From: Dictyostelium discoideum
Lineage: Eukaryota
NCBI GenBank assembly: GCA_000004695.1
Contig: CM000153.2
Coordinates: 1,216,001-1,280,000, forward strand
DNA: 64,000 bases
Direction: 5' to 3'
Positions 63,075-64,000 of this stretch are shown here, one piece after another. Both the position numbers and the translations under genes were made by a program. Every line of letters begins with the position of its first letter. Position 1 is the stretch's first letter. The notes beneath the pieces were generated by a model. That model did not search any database. It saw only the letters and a list, made by a program, of their open reading frames with translations, and was not told where the DNA came from.

Positions 63075-63392
63075 CTAAAAAAAGGATAATGAAGATTCAC
63101 CACTAAACCAACGATTTTTAATAATTGCAAAAAAAACAGTGGCAAAACCACCAAGTATTCCATTTCCAAATGAAAAGATAAAGGTTTTTAGAAATGTTTC
63201 TTGTGTTTTTTGAATTGATTTTGATTTTGATTTGGAAGATGATTTTTTCTTTTTTTTTATTTCAAATATATTATCAACTTGTGATCCTATTCCTGTAGAT
63301 AGATTTTCGATATCTATATCAACTTCTGTATTTATTGATCCATATCTATTTTCTTGTGATCTTAAAAATATTTCATAATCTTCATTATTCAT
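63075..63392 (-). CDS. Small tail-anchored membrane protein (105 aa; MNNEDYEIFLRSQENRYGSINTEV…GILGGFATVFFAIIKNRWF…).
   Basis: ATG at 63392 lies within the longer track ORF 63075..63539, whose upstream part is poly-Phe read-through. A single C-terminal TM helix follows a Lys/Ser-rich linker. A candidate acceptor (TTTTCAG at ~63440) means an upstream exon cannot be excluded. Confidence 0.45.
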   Translation of the reverse strand: MNNEDYEIFLRSQENRYGSINTEVDIDIENLSTGIGSQVDNIFEIKKKKKSSSKSKSKSIQKTQETFLKTFIFSFGNGILGGFATVFFAIIKNRWFSGESSLSFF

Positions 63393-64000
63393 TTTATCTT
63401 TTTTGGTAACCCTGAAGGTATTGTTGAACTGAAAATTTTTTACAAAAAAAAAAAAAAAAAAATAAATAAAAATAAAAAATTCAAAAAAATTCATAAAAAA
63501 AAAAAAAAAAAATAAACAAAACAAAACAAATTTAATCAATAACTAAAAAATTAAATAAAAATAAATTCTTTTAAAAGTGTTTAAATATTTGTTTGAATTT
63601 TTTTATTTTATTTTATTTTTTCATTTTTATTTTTTAAAAATTAATAAAAATTAATTTGTTTAAAAATATATTTGTGATGATCTTTTTTTTTTTTTTTTTT
63701 TTTTTATTGAGGGTTTATTATAAAAAAAAAAATAAAAAATAAAATATTTTTGTAAGTAATGTAATTATTTTCGGTGTTAGTTGAAATTGTTATTTTTAAT
63801 TTATTTGACCTTCATAAAAAATCTCGAAAATCGTAAAAAACGTTTCATTTCTTTTTTTTAAAAAAAGTGTAAATCCCGGTATAGGCTCATCGGCACTAAT
63901 TAAAAAAAAAAAAATAAAATTTTTTTTTTTTTTTTTTTTCTAATTTTAATAAACACATTGCTTTACTTTTTTTTTTTTTTTTTTATATATTTTTTATTTT

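Noticed and set aside
1-64000. Prokaryotic-style features (CRISPR arrays, operons, RBS, integrases, toxin–antitoxin pairs, defence islands)
   Set aside because: The composition, spliceosomal introns with GTAAGT donors, polyN/Q proteins and Rab/sirtuin/PP2C/UBR4 gene content show this is amoebozoan nuclear DNA. No direct-repeat or spacer arrays or phage or transposase ORFs were seen.

Overview
This window is nuclear DNA from a Dictyostelium-type social amoeba rather than a prokaryote. Coding islands are ~70% AT and intergenic DNA is ~90% AT with long homopolymer A/T runs. Many proteins carry poly-Asn/Gln/Thr/Ser tracts. Introns are short (80–520 bp) and AT-rich with GTAAGT/GTATGT donors and AG acceptors. 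One 100-nt assembly gap lies at 41479..41578. No CRISPR arrays, Shine-Dalgarno sites, rho-independent terminators or recognisable transposons were seen, and no tRNA or rRNA gene was found. I reconstructed about 24 protein-coding genes by hand from the six-frame track plus splice-site reading. The reconstructed genes are: the N-terminal ~2000 aa of a giant UBR4/BIG-like N-recognin (UBR box at the window edge), a SAP30-like HDAC-complex subunit, a bacterial-type cyclopropane-fatty-acyl-phospholipid synthase, a coiled-coil Asn-rich protein, a two-domain GT2 glycosyltransferase (PgtA/FT85-like), mitochondrial GrpE, an MMADHC (cblD) homologue, Rab1A, a 935-aa orphan protein, an F-BAR+RhoGAP (MEGAP-type) protein, a secreted PTP-like phosphatase, splicing factor CWC25, a filamin-repeat membrane protein, a HECT E3 ligase, an UNC93/MFSD11-like transporter, an alpha/beta hydrolase, a zf-UBP+sirtuin (consistent with Sir2A, 512 aa), a PP2C phosphatase and a small tail-anchored protein. 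Rab1A has a 14-nt first micro-exon and a 516-bp intron. The phosphatase gene has a decayed duplicate beside it. The most unusual finding is a tandem pair of paralogous genes that fuse an N-terminal P-loop GTPase domain to a C-terminal alpha-crystallin/HSP20 domain, with repeated palindromic motifs in their shared flank. Other points worth a second look are the bacterial-type CFA synthase and hydrolase (candidate lateral transfers), several GC-enriched islands in AT deserts that may be ncRNAs (one inside the rab1A intron), and a small Cys-rich secretory ORF whose ATG is one frame off.
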